NCBI GenBank assembly: GCA_963823945.1
Contig: CAWGNK010000005.1
Location: 22,452-86,451, forward strand
DNA: 64,000 nucleotides
Reading direction: 5' to 3'
Source: an uncultured Acidimicrobiaceae bacterium
Lineage (GTDB): Bacteria > Actinomycetota > Acidimicrobiia > Acidimicrobiales > Bog-793
Of this stretch, positions 17,480 through 26,918 are shown in pieces. The position numbers were made by a program, and so were the translations under genes. The notes under the pieces were generated by a model. The model made no database searches, was not told the DNA's origin, and saw nothing but the letters and a program-made list of their open reading frames with translations. Position 1 is the stretch's first letter. Each line of letters starts with the position of its first letter.

Positions 17480-18796
17480 TCAACGACGACCGCCGGTTCG
17501 CCGCATGTAGTCGGCCAGTTCGTCGTATTCTCCGCCGGCGTTGGCGTAGCGAGCATGGTTGCGGGCCGACTCGAGCCACGCCGTGGTGCTCGGCCGGGTG
17601 GCTTTGACCGCCGCCCAGAGCTCGGCCTCGCCGATCGGTCGGACGGATGACGACCGGATGGCCGCCTGGAGCGCGCGCTCGGCTGCGTCGTCACAGACGA
17701 GCCGTAGATCAGCTCCCGACATGCCCTCGGTCGCCACGGCGAGTGCGTTCAAGTCCACCGACCCGAGCGGACGATCGCGCAGGTGGTATCGGAGGATGGC
17801 GGTTCGTGCTTCCGCATCCGGGGGAAGCAGCAGCATCATCCGATCGAAGCGTCCGGGACGACGCAAAGCCGGGTCGACGTCCCAAGGTTGATTGGTGGCG
17901 CCGATCACGAAGATGCCTTCATTCGAGGACTCGACTCCATCGAGTTCGACCAGCAGTTGTGCCACCACGTTGCGAGCAGCGCTCCGACCCAGGTCCATCC
18001 GCGAATGCCCGATGGCGTCCAACTCGTCAAAGAAAAGGACGCATGGCGTATTGCGGCGTGCCTGCTCGAACAGCTCGTGAAGGAGTTTTTCGGAGTTTCC
18101 GAACCACATGTCGAGCGTCCGGTGCAGGCTGACATTGACAAATCGAGCGTCCAGCTCCCCGGCGACGGCGCGGGCAAGGAACGTCTTGCCGCACCCTGGG
18201 GGACCCCACAGCAGGAGTCCACCGCGCAAGTTCGTCCCGTAGGCGCGTCGGAGCTCTGGGTTGCGCAGCGGCGCAAGAAACGACTGTTCCAGCCGCAGCT
18301 TCACATCCTTGAGGCCACCGACGTCTGCCAAAGTGACAGGTGCAAGGCGACCCGCCTCGCGAACCACTTCTTCGAGAAGACCGTCCCAATCGACTCCTGC
18401 GGTGTTCGGGTCTTCCGTGTCGGCGGTGGCGCGTCCCACCTCGTCCTGGGGGGCCCCGCCGATCGGGTCTTTCTTCGCGGGATCACCGGTCCCATCGCGA
18501 GGATCCTTCGGGGGTCCGGAGAGGGAGATGTGGAGGCGCTCCCAACCCGGGGCCCGTGGATCGCCCATGGCGTCGCCCGCCCGGGCGGCCAGACCGAGAG
18601 CGTCGACATGATCGGGGGAAGTACGGAGCACCAGTTCGAGGTGCCCGAGCGCATCGGCATGTCGATTCGCTTCGATGAGCAACCCGGCCAGGTGGACTCG
18701 TAACGCCGTGTTGTCAGGGTCTTCGGCGACGGCCGCCTCGATCGCTCGGAGCAGTTCAGGATCGGGTGCCATGGACCCGTATCGTAGGTTCATCAT
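17480..18796 (-). CDS. AAA+ ATPase (classic AAA/Cdc48-FtsH clade) with N-terminal TPR-like region
   Basis: Walker A GPPGCGKT, Walker B FFDELD, and second region of homology ATNQPWDVDPALRRPGRFD. Start set at the MMNLRYG ATGs (18796/18793). The 655-aa track ORF extension overlaps mscL on the other strand and is Arg-rich junk. Confidence 0.85.
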   Translation of the reverse strand: MMNLRYGSMAPDPELLRAIEAAVAEDPDNTALRVHLAGLLIEANRHADALGHLELVLRTSPDHVDALGLAARAGDAMGDPRAPGWERLHISLSGPPKDPRDGTGDPAKKDPIGGAPQDEVGRATADTEDPNTAGVDWDGLLEEVVREAGRLAPVTLADVGGLKDVKLRLEQSFLAPLRNPELRRAYGTNLRGGLLLWGPPGCGKTFLARAVAGELDARFVNVSLHRTLDMWFGNSEKLLHELFEQARRNTPCVLFFDELDAIGHSRMDLGRSAARNVVAQLLVELDGVESSNEGIFVIGATNQPWDVDPALRRPGRFDRMMLLLPPDAEARTAILRYHLRDRPLGSVDLNALAVATEGMSGADLRLVCDDAAERALQAAIRSSSVRPIGEAELWAAVKATRPSTTAWLESARNHARYANAGGEYDELADYMRRTGGRR

Positions 18797-18961
18797 TCCC
18801 TTTGGGCGGCGACGTGGCGATCGCTCGAGCCCGGCGATGGTGGTCCGAGGGACAGTCCTGGGCGCCGCTTTGCTCGGCAGTGCAGAATGTCGGCACCGTC
18901 TGGTCTCCGGTTCGACGCGCAATGGACGCGCCGGACGGCAGATGTCTGAAAGGTGAACCAA

Positions 18962-19354
18962 GTGAAGGACTTCAAGGCGTTCCTCATGAGGGGCAACGTC
19001 GTCGAACTGGCGATCGCTGTCGTTGTCGGTGTCGCGTTTGGAGCAGTCATCACAGCCTTCGTCCGCGACCTGATCACGCCGTTGATCTCGATCCCCGGGA
19101 AGGCGAACTTCGCCTCGCTCCACTTCACCGTGAACGGCAGCACCTTCTTCTACGGCGATTTCATCAACTATGTCGTCGCCTTCGTCATCCTGGCGGCAGT
19201 GATCTTCTTCGCCGTCGTCATGCCGCTGGGCAAGTTGGCGGCGCGTCGCCAGGCGGAAGCCGCGGCGACGACGAAGACCTGCGAGCACTGCGCCAGCACG
19301 ATCCCGGTCGCCGCCCACGTCTGCTCGTTCTGCACCCGCGACGTCGCCGTGTAG
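18962..19354 (+). CDS. mscL: Large-conductance mechanosensitive channel MscL with C-terminal CxxC..CxxC extension
   Basis: N-terminus (M)KDFKAFLMRGNVVELAIAVVVGVAFG is canonical MscL. The GTG at 18962 has GAAAGG 9 nt upstream; an alternative GTG lies at 18953. The tail reads TCEHCASTIPVAAHVCSFC. Confidence 0.88.
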   Translation: MKDFKAFLMRGNVVELAIAVVVGVAFGAVITAFVRDLITPLISIPGKANFASLHFTVNGSTFFYGDFINYVVAFVILAAVIFFAVVMPLGKLAARRQAEAAATTKTCEHCASTIPVAAHVCSFCTRDVAV

Positions 19355-19610
19355 GGAAGTTCCGCACCCGGGGACGCGGCCGGCCCGCGACACCTCGTCC
19401 CCGAAGCGCCGGCGTCCGGACCGCTTCTCGCCGCGGCTGCAGGGCACCGGTTCGCGGGGGGTGCGAGAACCGAGCCGCTCCGAGAGTCTGGTGGCGGTGA
19501 CCCTCGTGGTGGGTTCCGGCGCGACAGGTCAGGACCGCGGCGGTCACCGCGAGCAGCGAGACGGGGCGCGACCGATCGCCGTCGTGGTGGCACGCGCTCG
19601 TGCCGCCGGT

Positions 19611-20153
19611 TCAGAGCGTGGCGCAGATGTTGCCGACGCCCGGCAGGTCGTAGGTGCTGTAATCCTGGGTCCCGACGGCGTGGCCGGGAGTGCCCGGGGC
19701 CGGGGTGACGTCCACGGCTCCGTTCGCGCCGAGGCTGATGGCGTAGAAGCTGGGGTTGTTGGGCCAGGTCCGCAGGTACCTATCCGGGCCGACGAGCTGG
19801 CCGGGAGAGGTCGGCCAGGTCCCTTTGACGGCGTCGTATGACTCGACGGCGGTCACGACGGACTGCGCGTCCGCGTTGCAGGCGTCAATGGCGCTCGACG
19901 TTGCGATGGGACTCACCGAGGTGGTGCTGGTCGTGCTCGTGCTCGTCGTCGAAGAGGCAGGGTTGGTCGTGGCCGTGCTGCCCGTGTTCGGGCTCGACGA
20001 CGCCGGGCCCGCCTGCGGCGTGCCCGACCCGCAGGCGGCGAGTGCCAGCGCGGCGACGACCAACGGGACGACCCCGAGCGCTCTCGGAAAACGGCGGATG
20101 GTGCTTATGGGGCGGACTATAGGACCCGGGTCGCGGGAAATCTGGCATGCCAC
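19611..20153 (-). CDS. Lipoprotein, Ser/Thr-rich linker, unknown function
   Basis: Lipobox LALAAC|GS, then a poly-Ser/Thr linker and a ~100-aa C-terminal domain. Confidence 0.65.
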   Translation of the reverse strand: MACQISRDPGPIVRPISTIRRFPRALGVVPLVVAALALAACGSGTPQAGPASSSPNTGSTATTNPASSTTSTSTTSTTSVSPIATSSAIDACNADAQSVVTAVESYDAVKGTWPTSPGQLVGPDRYLRTWPNNPSFYAISLGANGAVDVTPAPGTPGHAVGTQDYSTYDLPGVGNICATL

Positions 20154-20197
20154 GCGCCCCGCTCGCCGACGCCGGGAGCGGTGTGGGGCAACCGGTC

Positions 20198-20974
20198 CTA
20201 CGCTTCCTTGTCGGCGATGACGCAGTCGGTCGCGACGGCGAGCGAGATGGTCTCACCGGTGGCGCTGATGGCCGCTGCGAGCCTGCCGAGCAGTGCGCCC
20301 CGCCTTTCCTCGGGAAGCAACGCGACTCCGCTATGGGTCCTCACGAGATCGAGGAACTCGTCGCCGCCCAGCTCCCAGGTCCAGGGGAACCGGCAGACGG
20401 TGCAGGACGCGAACTGGCCGGAACTCCTGATCGACCGGGCGTGCTCCGCCGTCTGGTCGTCGTGCCTCCGGTGAGCCGCCCGACCGATGCCGCTCCCCTC
20501 CAGTTCGGGGGCGAAGGCCTCGTAGGCGGCCTCGACGGCGGCCGCGAGCGCGGCGTCGCTCGGCTCCTCGTAGTTCCAGAAAGCGGCGAGCCGGCCGTCA
20601 TGGGTGAGGACGTCCGCCGCCTTCGCGGGGCCGATGCGCGGGTCGATCCAATGCCAGGCCTGCCCGCTCACGACGAGGTCGAACCTCCGTCCGGCCGGGT
20701 CCCAGGTCTCGAACGGCGCGACCTCGACCGGGATACCGCGGTGGCGGGCGACCGCCGCCATGCGCTCGTCGACCTCGACCCCGAGAACCGTGCAGTCCCT
20801 CGCCGCGAAGAGCAGTGCCGCCTTGCCCGTGCCGCACCCGACGTCGAGGACCCGGCGATCCCCTGCTCGGCAGATTCGGTTCACAAGCGAGCTCGGGTAC
20901 GTCGGGCGCGAGCGGTCATACCGCTCCGCGTACTCGCCGAAGGCCTCCGCCCGGCGCCGGTTCTCATGGAGCAC
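20198..20974 (-). CDS. Class I SAM-dependent methyltransferase
   Basis: Motif I VLDVGCGTGKAALLFA, followed by VLGVEVDERM. Confidence 0.85.
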   Translation of the reverse strand: MLHENRRRAEAFGEYAERYDRSRPTYPSSLVNRICRAGDRRVLDVGCGTGKAALLFAARDCTVLGVEVDERMAAVARHRGIPVEVAPFETWDPAGRRFDLVVSGQAWHWIDPRIGPAKAADVLTHDGRLAAFWNYEEPSDAALAAAVEAAYEAFAPELEGSGIGRAAHRRHDDQTAEHARSIRSSGQFASCTVCRFPWTWELGGDEFLDLVRTHSGVALLPEERRGALLGRLAAAISATGETISLAVATDCVIADKEA

Positions 20975-21111
20975 GCACCCATTGTTACCGGCTCGCCCTG
21001 CCGGCCGACGGGTTCGAGCGCGCCGGTCACCCGGCGACCAGATCCGCTTCCGTCCCGGCCGTGCGCGTCCGGCGTCCCCGACCTGCGGCGTATCCTCAGA
21101 GCGTGGCAGGT

Positions 21112-22554
21112 GTGAGCGCGGGACCTTTGCCGACAGAGTGCTTCATCGCAGGGGAGTGGCGTGGCGCCGAGGGGGGCCGGCGCTTCGACGTGACCGATCC
21201 CGCGACCGGCTCGTCGATCGAAACGGTCGCCGACGCGTCGCCCGCCGACGGACTGGCCGCGATCGCGGCGGCCCACACCTCCTTGGACGCGTGGTCGCAG
21301 GTCGCGCCGCGCCAACGCGCGGAGATCCTGCGCCGGGCGTTCGAGCTGATGACGGCGCGGGGCGAGGAGCTGGCCCGCCTGGTGGTGAGGGAGAACGGCA
21401 AGGCGCTCACCGACGCCCGCGGTGAGGTTGCGTACGCGGCGGAGTTCTTCCGCTGGAACTCCGAGGAAGCAGTCCGCAACACCGGCGAGTTCGTTACGGC
21501 CCCCGCCGGCTCCAACCGGATCCTGGTGCTGCGGCAGCCGATCGGCGTCGCCCTCCTCATCACGCCGTGGAACTTCCCCGCGGCGATGCTGACCCGAAAG
21601 ATCGGCCCGGCGCTCGCCGCGGGTTGTACGGTCGTCTGCAAGCCGGCACGGGAGACCCCGCTCACTGCGCTCGCGATCGCCGGGATACTGGAGGCGGCGG
21701 GAGTGCCCCCGGGCGTCGTGAACGTCGTGCCGAGTGCGCGACCGGGCCCGCTCATCGACGCCGCCATCGCCGACGGGCGCGTTCGCAAGCTCTCCTTCAC
21801 CGGCTCGACGGAGGTCGGCAGGATGCTGCTCGCCAAGGCGTCGGAGCGGATCCTCAGCTGCTCGATGGAGCTCGGCGGGAACGCCCCGTTCATCGTCTTC
21901 GCCGACGCCGATCTCGACGCCGCGATCGCCGGCGCGATGGTCGCCAAGATGCGCAACGGCGGCGAGGCCTGCACGGCGGCGAACCGCTTCTATGTCGAGG
22001 AAGCCGTCGCCGCCGAGTTCTCGCGGCTCCTCGTCGCCGCGATGAGGGCGGTCCGGATGGGCAACGGTCTCGACGAGGGAGTCGGGCTCGGCCCTCTCGT
22101 CAACGCAGACACGCGTGACAAGGTCGCCGGGCTGGTCGCCCGGGCGCTCGACTCGGGTGCGAGGGCGCTGACGGGCGGGGTCGTGCCCGCAGGGCCGGGG
22201 TACTTCTATCCGGCGACGGTCCTCGACCGGGTCGGGCCGGGCTCGGCGATCCTGCGGGAGGAGATCTTCGGCCCGGTGGCGCCGATCGTGACCTTCGCGT
22301 CGGAGTCCGAGGTCATCGCGCTGGCGAACGACTCGATTCTCGGCCTCGTCTCCTACGTCTACACGGGAGATCTGGCGCGTGGCCTGCGGGTCGCCGAGGC
22401 GCTGGAGACAGGCATGGTGGGACTCAACCGGGGGCTCGTCTCGGATCCGGCCGCCCCCTTCGGGGGCGTGAAGCAGTCCGGGCTCGGCCGGGAGGGCGGT
22501 CACGAGGGGATGAATGAGTATCTCGAGACGAAGTACGTCGCCTGTTCGTGGTGA
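21112..22554 (+). CDS. gabD: NAD(P)-dependent succinate-semialdehyde dehydrogenase (aldehyde dehydrogenase family)
   Basis: ALDH motifs ITPWNFP, FTGST.VG, ELGGNAP and EEIFGPV. Start at GTG 21112 (or 21103). The longer track ORF from 20815 overlaps the divergent methyltransferase. Confidence 0.85.
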   Translation: MSAGPLPTECFIAGEWRGAEGGRRFDVTDPATGSSIETVADASPADGLAAIAAAHTSLDAWSQVAPRQRAEILRRAFELMTARGEELARLVVRENGKALTDARGEVAYAAEFFRWNSEEAVRNTGEFVTAPAGSNRILVLRQPIGVALLITPWNFPAAMLTRKIGPALAAGCTVVCKPARETPLTALAIAGILEAAGVPPGVVNVVPSARPGPLIDAAIADGRVRKLSFTGSTEVGRMLLAKASERILSCSMELGGNAPFIVFADADLDAAIAGAMVAKMRNGGEACTAANRFYVEEAVAAEFSRLLVAAMRAVRMGNGLDEGVGLGPLVNADTRDKVAGLVARALDSGARALTGGVVPAGPGYFYPATVLDRVGPGSAILREEIFGPVAPIVTFASESEVIALANDSILGLVSYVYTGDLARGLRVAEALETGMVGLNRGLVSDPAAPFGGVKQSGLGREGGHEGMNEYLETKYVACSW

Positions 22555-22626
22555 CCGCGGCGCCGGCGCCGACCCGTCGTGGTCCCGGCCCGACGGGCGC
22601 CGCGCGAGGGAAGGACCGGTAGCGCC

Positions 22627-23796
22627 GTGACCGAGCAGTTCGACCTCGACCGTTACGGGCGCGCCCAGCTCGAGGCGCGTCGCGGCGAGAAGTGGGCCCG
22701 GGACGGGTCGGCGGCGATTCCGATGTGGGTCGCCGACATGGACTTCCCGCTCGCGCCGCCGATCCGTCGCGTGCTCGAGGAGGCGATCGCGACGGGCGAT
22801 CTCGGCTACCCGGTGTCCTCGCTCGAGCCGACGCTCGCCGCCGCGTTCGCCGACTGGGAGAGGTCGCGCCACGGTCTCTCCTTCGACCCGGTGTCGGTCG
22901 TCGTGACGACCGACGTCGTGCAGGCGATCTACTTCGCGATCGACGCGCTGAGCGCCCCCGGCGAGGGGATCCTCACCCTCACGCCGGCCTACCCTCCGTA
23001 TTTCGGCGCGCTGGACGAGAAGTCGCGCACGCTCGTCGCCCACGACCTCGCGATCGTCGACGGCGCCTACCGCTTCGACGCCGCCGCCCTACGGGCGCTC
23101 GTCGCGACCGGCAGGCCGCGTCTCATGCTGCTGTGCAACCCGCACAACCCGACGGGGAGGGTGTTCACCCGCGCCGAGCTTTCCGAGCTGGCCTCGATCG
23201 CCATCGACGCCGATCTCGTGGTGATCTCGGACGAGATCCACTGCGACCTCGTCTACCCCGGTTCGACCCACATCCCGATCGCGACGCTCGGCGACGAGAT
23301 CGCCCAGCGCACGATCACGCTTTCCTCGGCGAGCAAGGCGTTCAACCTCGCGGGCCTGCGCTGCGCGGTCGCGGCCTGCGGGACGGCCGATCTCGCCGCC
23401 CGGCTGCGCGCGACACCGAAACGCCAGCGCGGACGGGCGAACAACCTCGGGATCCTCGCCGCCATCACCGCCTGGCAGGAGGGGACGCCCTGGCTCGACG
23501 CCGTCCTCGCCCATCTCGCCGCCAACCGGGAGAAGGTGACGGGCGTGCTCGGTGGGCTCGAAGCCGTGACGTGCATCCCGCCGGAGGCGACGTACCTCGC
23601 CTGGCTCGACCTGCGCCGGACGGGCCTCGGCGACGACCCGGCGAGCGAGATCGCCCGCCAGGCGCGGGTGACGCTGATGTCGGGGACGGATTTCGGGACG
23701 GCGGGCCGGGGACACGCCCGGCTGAACTTCGCGACGACGACCGCCGTGCTCGACGAGGCGCTGGAGCGGCTCGCGGGGTTCTTCAGCGCGCGCTGA
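22627..23796 (+). CDS. PLP-dependent aminotransferase class I/II, MalY/PatB-type C-S lyase
   Basis: N-terminal ..RRGEKWAR..IPMWVADMDFPLAPPI.. and SSASKAFNLAGLRCA (PLP Lys) are typical of PatB/MalY-like enzymes. Confidence 0.8.
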   Translation: MTEQFDLDRYGRAQLEARRGEKWARDGSAAIPMWVADMDFPLAPPIRRVLEEAIATGDLGYPVSSLEPTLAAAFADWERSRHGLSFDPVSVVVTTDVVQAIYFAIDALSAPGEGILTLTPAYPPYFGALDEKSRTLVAHDLAIVDGAYRFDAAALRALVATGRPRLMLLCNPHNPTGRVFTRAELSELASIAIDADLVVISDEIHCDLVYPGSTHIPIATLGDEIAQRTITLSSASKAFNLAGLRCAVAACGTADLAARLRATPKRQRGRANNLGILAAITAWQEGTPWLDAVLAHLAANREKVTGVLGGLEAVTCIPPEATYLAWLDLRRTGLGDDPASEIARQARVTLMSGTDFGTAGRGHARLNFATTTAVLDEALERLAGFFSAR

Positions 23797-23817
23797 GCCG
23801 CCGGCGGGACCCTCGCC

Positions 23818-24999
23818 CTACGGCGAGAGTTCGGTCGCGTCCTCCGGCAGCAAGGCGACGAGGTTGCCCAGGCGCGCGTCGTTCGAGAACACCTCGATGA
23901 TCGGCACGGACAGGCCGAGCCGTCGCTGCAGGCGCTCGGCGGGGATCTCCTGGTCCCAGAGCAAGAGCGTCACGACGACGCCGGCCTCGCCGGCCCGGGC
24001 GGTCCGGCCCGAGCGGTGGAGGTACGCCTTGTGGTCCTCCGGTGGGTCGTAGTGGACGACGACGTCGACGCCCTCGATGTCGAGGCCGCGGGCCGCGACG
24101 TCGGTCGCGACGAGCGCCTCGAGCTTGCCCTTGGCGAAGTCGGCCAGCGCGTGCTGGCGCGCCGTCTGGCGCAGGTCCCCGTGGATCGCGGCGACGCGCA
24201 CGCCCTCCTCGTGGAGGGCTGCGGTGAGGCGGTCCGCCCCCCGCTTGGTGCGCACGAACACGAGGGTCTTGCCGGCCCCGTGGGCGATCGCCCCGACGAC
24301 CTTCGCCTTGTCGAGCTGGTGGATCTTGAAGAAGTGGTGCTCCATCTCGTCGACGGTCACCTGTTCAGATTGGGTCTCGTGAAAGACCGGGTCGGTGAGG
24401 TAGCGGTTGACGAGCCGGTCGACCGTCGAGTCGAGCGTCGCCGAGAACAGCAGGGTCTGGTGCGGCCCGGTGATGTGGCGGAGCAGCCACTCGACCTGGG
24501 GCATGAACCCCATGTCCGCCATGCGGTCCGCCTCGTCGACGACGAGCGTCGAGATCTCCGAGAGCGCGATCGCCCGCCGGTCGACGAGGTCGATGAGCCG
24601 TCCCGGCGTCGCGACGACGACGTCGAGGCCCCTGTTCACGCTGCGGACCTGCACGTCGAGGTCGGCGCCCCCGTAGACGGCACCGACGCGGCGCCCGACC
24701 GCCTCACCGAGCCGGGCGAGCACCTCGGTCACCTGGACCGCGAGCTCCCGGGTCGGCTCGAGGACGAGCGACGCCGGGAGGCGCGACTTCGTGGTCGGCG
24801 TCGCCATCAGCATCGGCAGGCCGAAGGCGAGCGTCTTGCCGCTCCCGGTCTTCGCCTTGCCACAGACGTCGCGGCCGGCGATGGCGTCGGGGATCGTTAG
24901 CGTCTGGACCTCGAAGGGTTGCTCGATGCCGTCGGCGGCGAGGGCAGCGACGAGCCTCGGGTCGACCCCGAGCGCGGCGAACGTCGTTGTTTCGGTCAC
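23818..24999 (-). CDS. DEAD-box ATP-dependent RNA helicase
   Basis: Motifs AKTGSGKT, PTRELA, VVDEAD, SAT and HRSGRTARAG. Confidence 0.92.
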   Translation of the reverse strand: MTETTTFAALGVDPRLVAALAADGIEQPFEVQTLTIPDAIAGRDVCGKAKTGSGKTLAFGLPMLMATPTTKSRLPASLVLEPTRELAVQVTEVLARLGEAVGRRVGAVYGGADLDVQVRSVNRGLDVVVATPGRLIDLVDRRAIALSEISTLVVDEADRMADMGFMPQVEWLLRHITGPHQTLLFSATLDSTVDRLVNRYLTDPVFHETQSEQVTVDEMEHHFFKIHQLDKAKVVGAIAHGAGKTLVFVRTKRGADRLTAALHEEGVRVAAIHGDLRQTARQHALADFAKGKLEALVATDVAARGLDIEGVDVVVHYDPPEDHKAYLHRSGRTARAGEAGVVVTLLLWDQEIPAERLQRRLGLSVPIIEVFSNDARLGNLVALLPEDATELSP

Positions 25000-25114
25000 G
25001 GTCGCGAGTCTTTCACCGACGAGGGCGGGTGCCGGTGAACGGCGCGGAGCGTGGCGGTCGCGAATGCGGGTCCTGTGTATCCTTCGAACGCATCCACCCA
25101 GTCAAGGAGGAGTT

Positions 25115-25579
25115 GTGGCAGAGCTCATTGCGGGTGACAAGGCCCCCGCCTTCAGCCTTCCGGACCAGGACGGGGCGACGGTGTCGCTCTCGGACTACGC
25201 CGGTCGCAAGGTCGTCGTGTACTTCTATCCCGCCGACGACACGCCCGGCTGCACGAAGGAAGCCTGCCAGTTCAACGATCTCCTCGCCGACTTCGCCAAG
25301 CTGGGTGTCGACGTCGTCGGTATCTCGCCCGACGGGGACGAGTCGCACCGGCGTTTCCGGACGAAGTACGGCCTCGGCGTGCGGCTCGCCTCCGACCCCG
25401 AGCACCTGGTGATGAAGCGCTACGGGGCCTGGGGCGAGAAGACGCTCTACGGCCGCGTCTCGACCGGCGTTATCCGTTCCACGTTCCTCGTGGACGCGGA
25501 GGGGCGCGTCGAGAGGATCTGGCGCCACGTGAAGGCGGACGGACACGCGGCGAAGGTGCTCGCCGCCCTCGAGAGCTAA
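25115..25579 (+). CDS. bcp: Thiol peroxidase Bcp (peroxiredoxin)
   Basis: APAFSLPDQDG..VSLSDYAGRKVVVYFYPADDTPGCTKEAC. AAGGAGG lies upstream of the GTG at 25115. Confidence 0.9.
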   Translation: MAELIAGDKAPAFSLPDQDGATVSLSDYAGRKVVVYFYPADDTPGCTKEACQFNDLLADFAKLGVDVVGISPDGDESHRRFRTKYGLGVRLASDPEHLVMKRYGAWGEKTLYGRVSTGVIRSTFLVDAEGRVERIWRHVKADGHAAKVLAALES

Positions 25580-25587
25580 GACGCCCG

Positions 25588-26715
25588 ATGCCCGTCGAGA
25601 AGCCGCAGTGGGCTGAACTGTTCCGGGAGGTCGTGACCTCCGGACTGTGCACCGGGTGCGCCTCCTGCGTCGTCGCCTGTCCCTACGACGTGCTCGGCTA
25701 CGACGCCGCCGAGGGCCGCTACCGGCCGTTCCACGTCGACGACGCGGGCGGCCCGGAGAACTGCACCCACGGCGAGCGGGGTTGCACGCTGTGCACCCGG
25801 GCGTGCCCGCGTTTCCGGGCCTGGGAGCCGGAGATCGACACGTTCCTTTTCGGCCGCGCCCGCGCCGCCGAGGAGGTCTACGGGATCGCCGCCGAGACGC
25901 TGCTCACCCGCACGACGGACCCGGAGATCGGCGCCGCCGGCCAGGACGGCGGCTTCGTCTCGGCGCTCGTCATCTGGGCGCTCGAGCACGACATCATCGA
26001 CGCCGCGCTCGTCTCGTACCTCGAGGGTGACGGCCGCTCCTGGCGTGCCGTGCCGGGGGTCGCGCGCAACCGCGCCGACGTGTTGCGGGCCGCCGGCTCG
26101 CGCTACACGTACTCGGCGAACCCGCTCGCCTATGCGGAGGCCGTCGCGGGCGGGGCCGAGCGCGTCGGTCTCGTCGGCATGAGCTGCCAGGCCTCCGCGC
26201 CCGCCGCGATGGCGGCGCGGCGGGCCGGCAAGGTCGCCCGGCGCTTCGCGCTCACGGTCGGATTGCTGTGCTCGAAGACCTTCGACGACGCGATCTTCGC
26301 CGAGCTCTTCGAGGCGCGTTACGGGTTGCGCCGCGAGGAGATCGTGAAGATGAACATCAAGGGCGTCTTCCAGGTCTGGACCCGGGACGGCGGCTACCAC
26401 GAGATCCCCCTCAAGGAGGCGCACGCCTGGACGCGGGAGGGCTGCCGGCAATGCCCCGATTTCGCGGCGGAGCACGCCGACATCTCCGCCGGCGGGATCG
26501 GCGCCGACAACGACTGGACCCTCACGATCGTGCGCAGCGAGCGCGGCGCCGAGATCGTCGCCGCGATGCGTGCTGCGGGCGCGATCGAGGTCCGCCCGGT
26601 TGCCGACGACCCGACGGTGGAACCGCTGCTCGCCAGGCTCGCCCGGGTGAGCAGGCGGCGCTGGCCCGAGGGCGGCGACGCGGCCCCCCGGCTGATCCCG
26701 GTCGCGGCCGGCTGA
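25588..26715 (+). CDS. FrhB/FdhB-family protein (coenzyme F420 hydrogenase/dehydrogenase beta subunit-like, 4Fe-4S)
   Basis: N-terminal ferredoxin-like CTGCASCVVACP...CTLCTRACP, then GQDGGFVSAL, GSRYTYS, GMSCQ and a C-terminal CRQCPDF, as in the FrhB family. Confidence 0.75.
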   Translation: MPVEKPQWAELFREVVTSGLCTGCASCVVACPYDVLGYDAAEGRYRPFHVDDAGGPENCTHGERGCTLCTRACPRFRAWEPEIDTFLFGRARAAEEVYGIAAETLLTRTTDPEIGAAGQDGGFVSALVIWALEHDIIDAALVSYLEGDGRSWRAVPGVARNRADVLRAAGSRYTYSANPLAYAEAVAGGAERVGLVGMSCQASAPAAMAARRAGKVARRFALTVGLLCSKTFDDAIFAELFEARYGLRREEIVKMNIKGVFQVWTRDGGYHEIPLKEAHAWTREGCRQCPDFAAEHADISAGGIGADNDWTLTIVRSERGAEIVAAMRAAGAIEVRPVADDPTVEPLLARLARVSRRRWPEGGDAAPRLIPVAAG

Positions 26716-26830
26716 AGCCCGCCCCGAGGGCCCTCGCTGATCAGCGGCCGCTGCGTACGGCAAGCGGGTAGATGACTGCGGGTGAAGGCGGGGCCAATAG
26801 ACCCGGGGACGACATCAGGCCCCGCAGCCA

Positions 26831-26861
26831 CGCACCTTCGGGTGCGTGACCCGAAGGTGCG
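26831..26861. terminator. Perfect 13-bp-stem hairpin (possible factor-independent terminator lacking a U-tract)
   Basis: CGCACCTTCGGGT-GCGTG-ACCCGAAGGTGCG. An alternative 8-bp hairpin with a TTCG loop lies at 26829-26848. The site is between the FrhB-like gene and the lipoprotein gene. Confidence 0.35.
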
Positions 26862-26918
26862 CAGTCGCGCAGGTGACTGCAAGGTCAGAAATCCTGGCAT
26901 CCTCCCTATGCTCTTGGG

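Noticed and set aside
18797-19447. N-terminal 216-codon extension of the AAA+ ATPase ORF (17480..19447).
   Set aside because: The extension overlaps the clearly real mscL gene on the other strand and is Arg/Asp-rich junk. Protein-like sequence begins at MMNLRYG (18796).
19586-19607. Hairpin GGTGGCACG-CGCT-CGTGCCGCC between mscL and the lipoprotein gene, considered as a bidirectional terminator.
   Set aside because: It has one wobble pair, no U or A tract on either side, and is a single occurrence. That is too weak to call.
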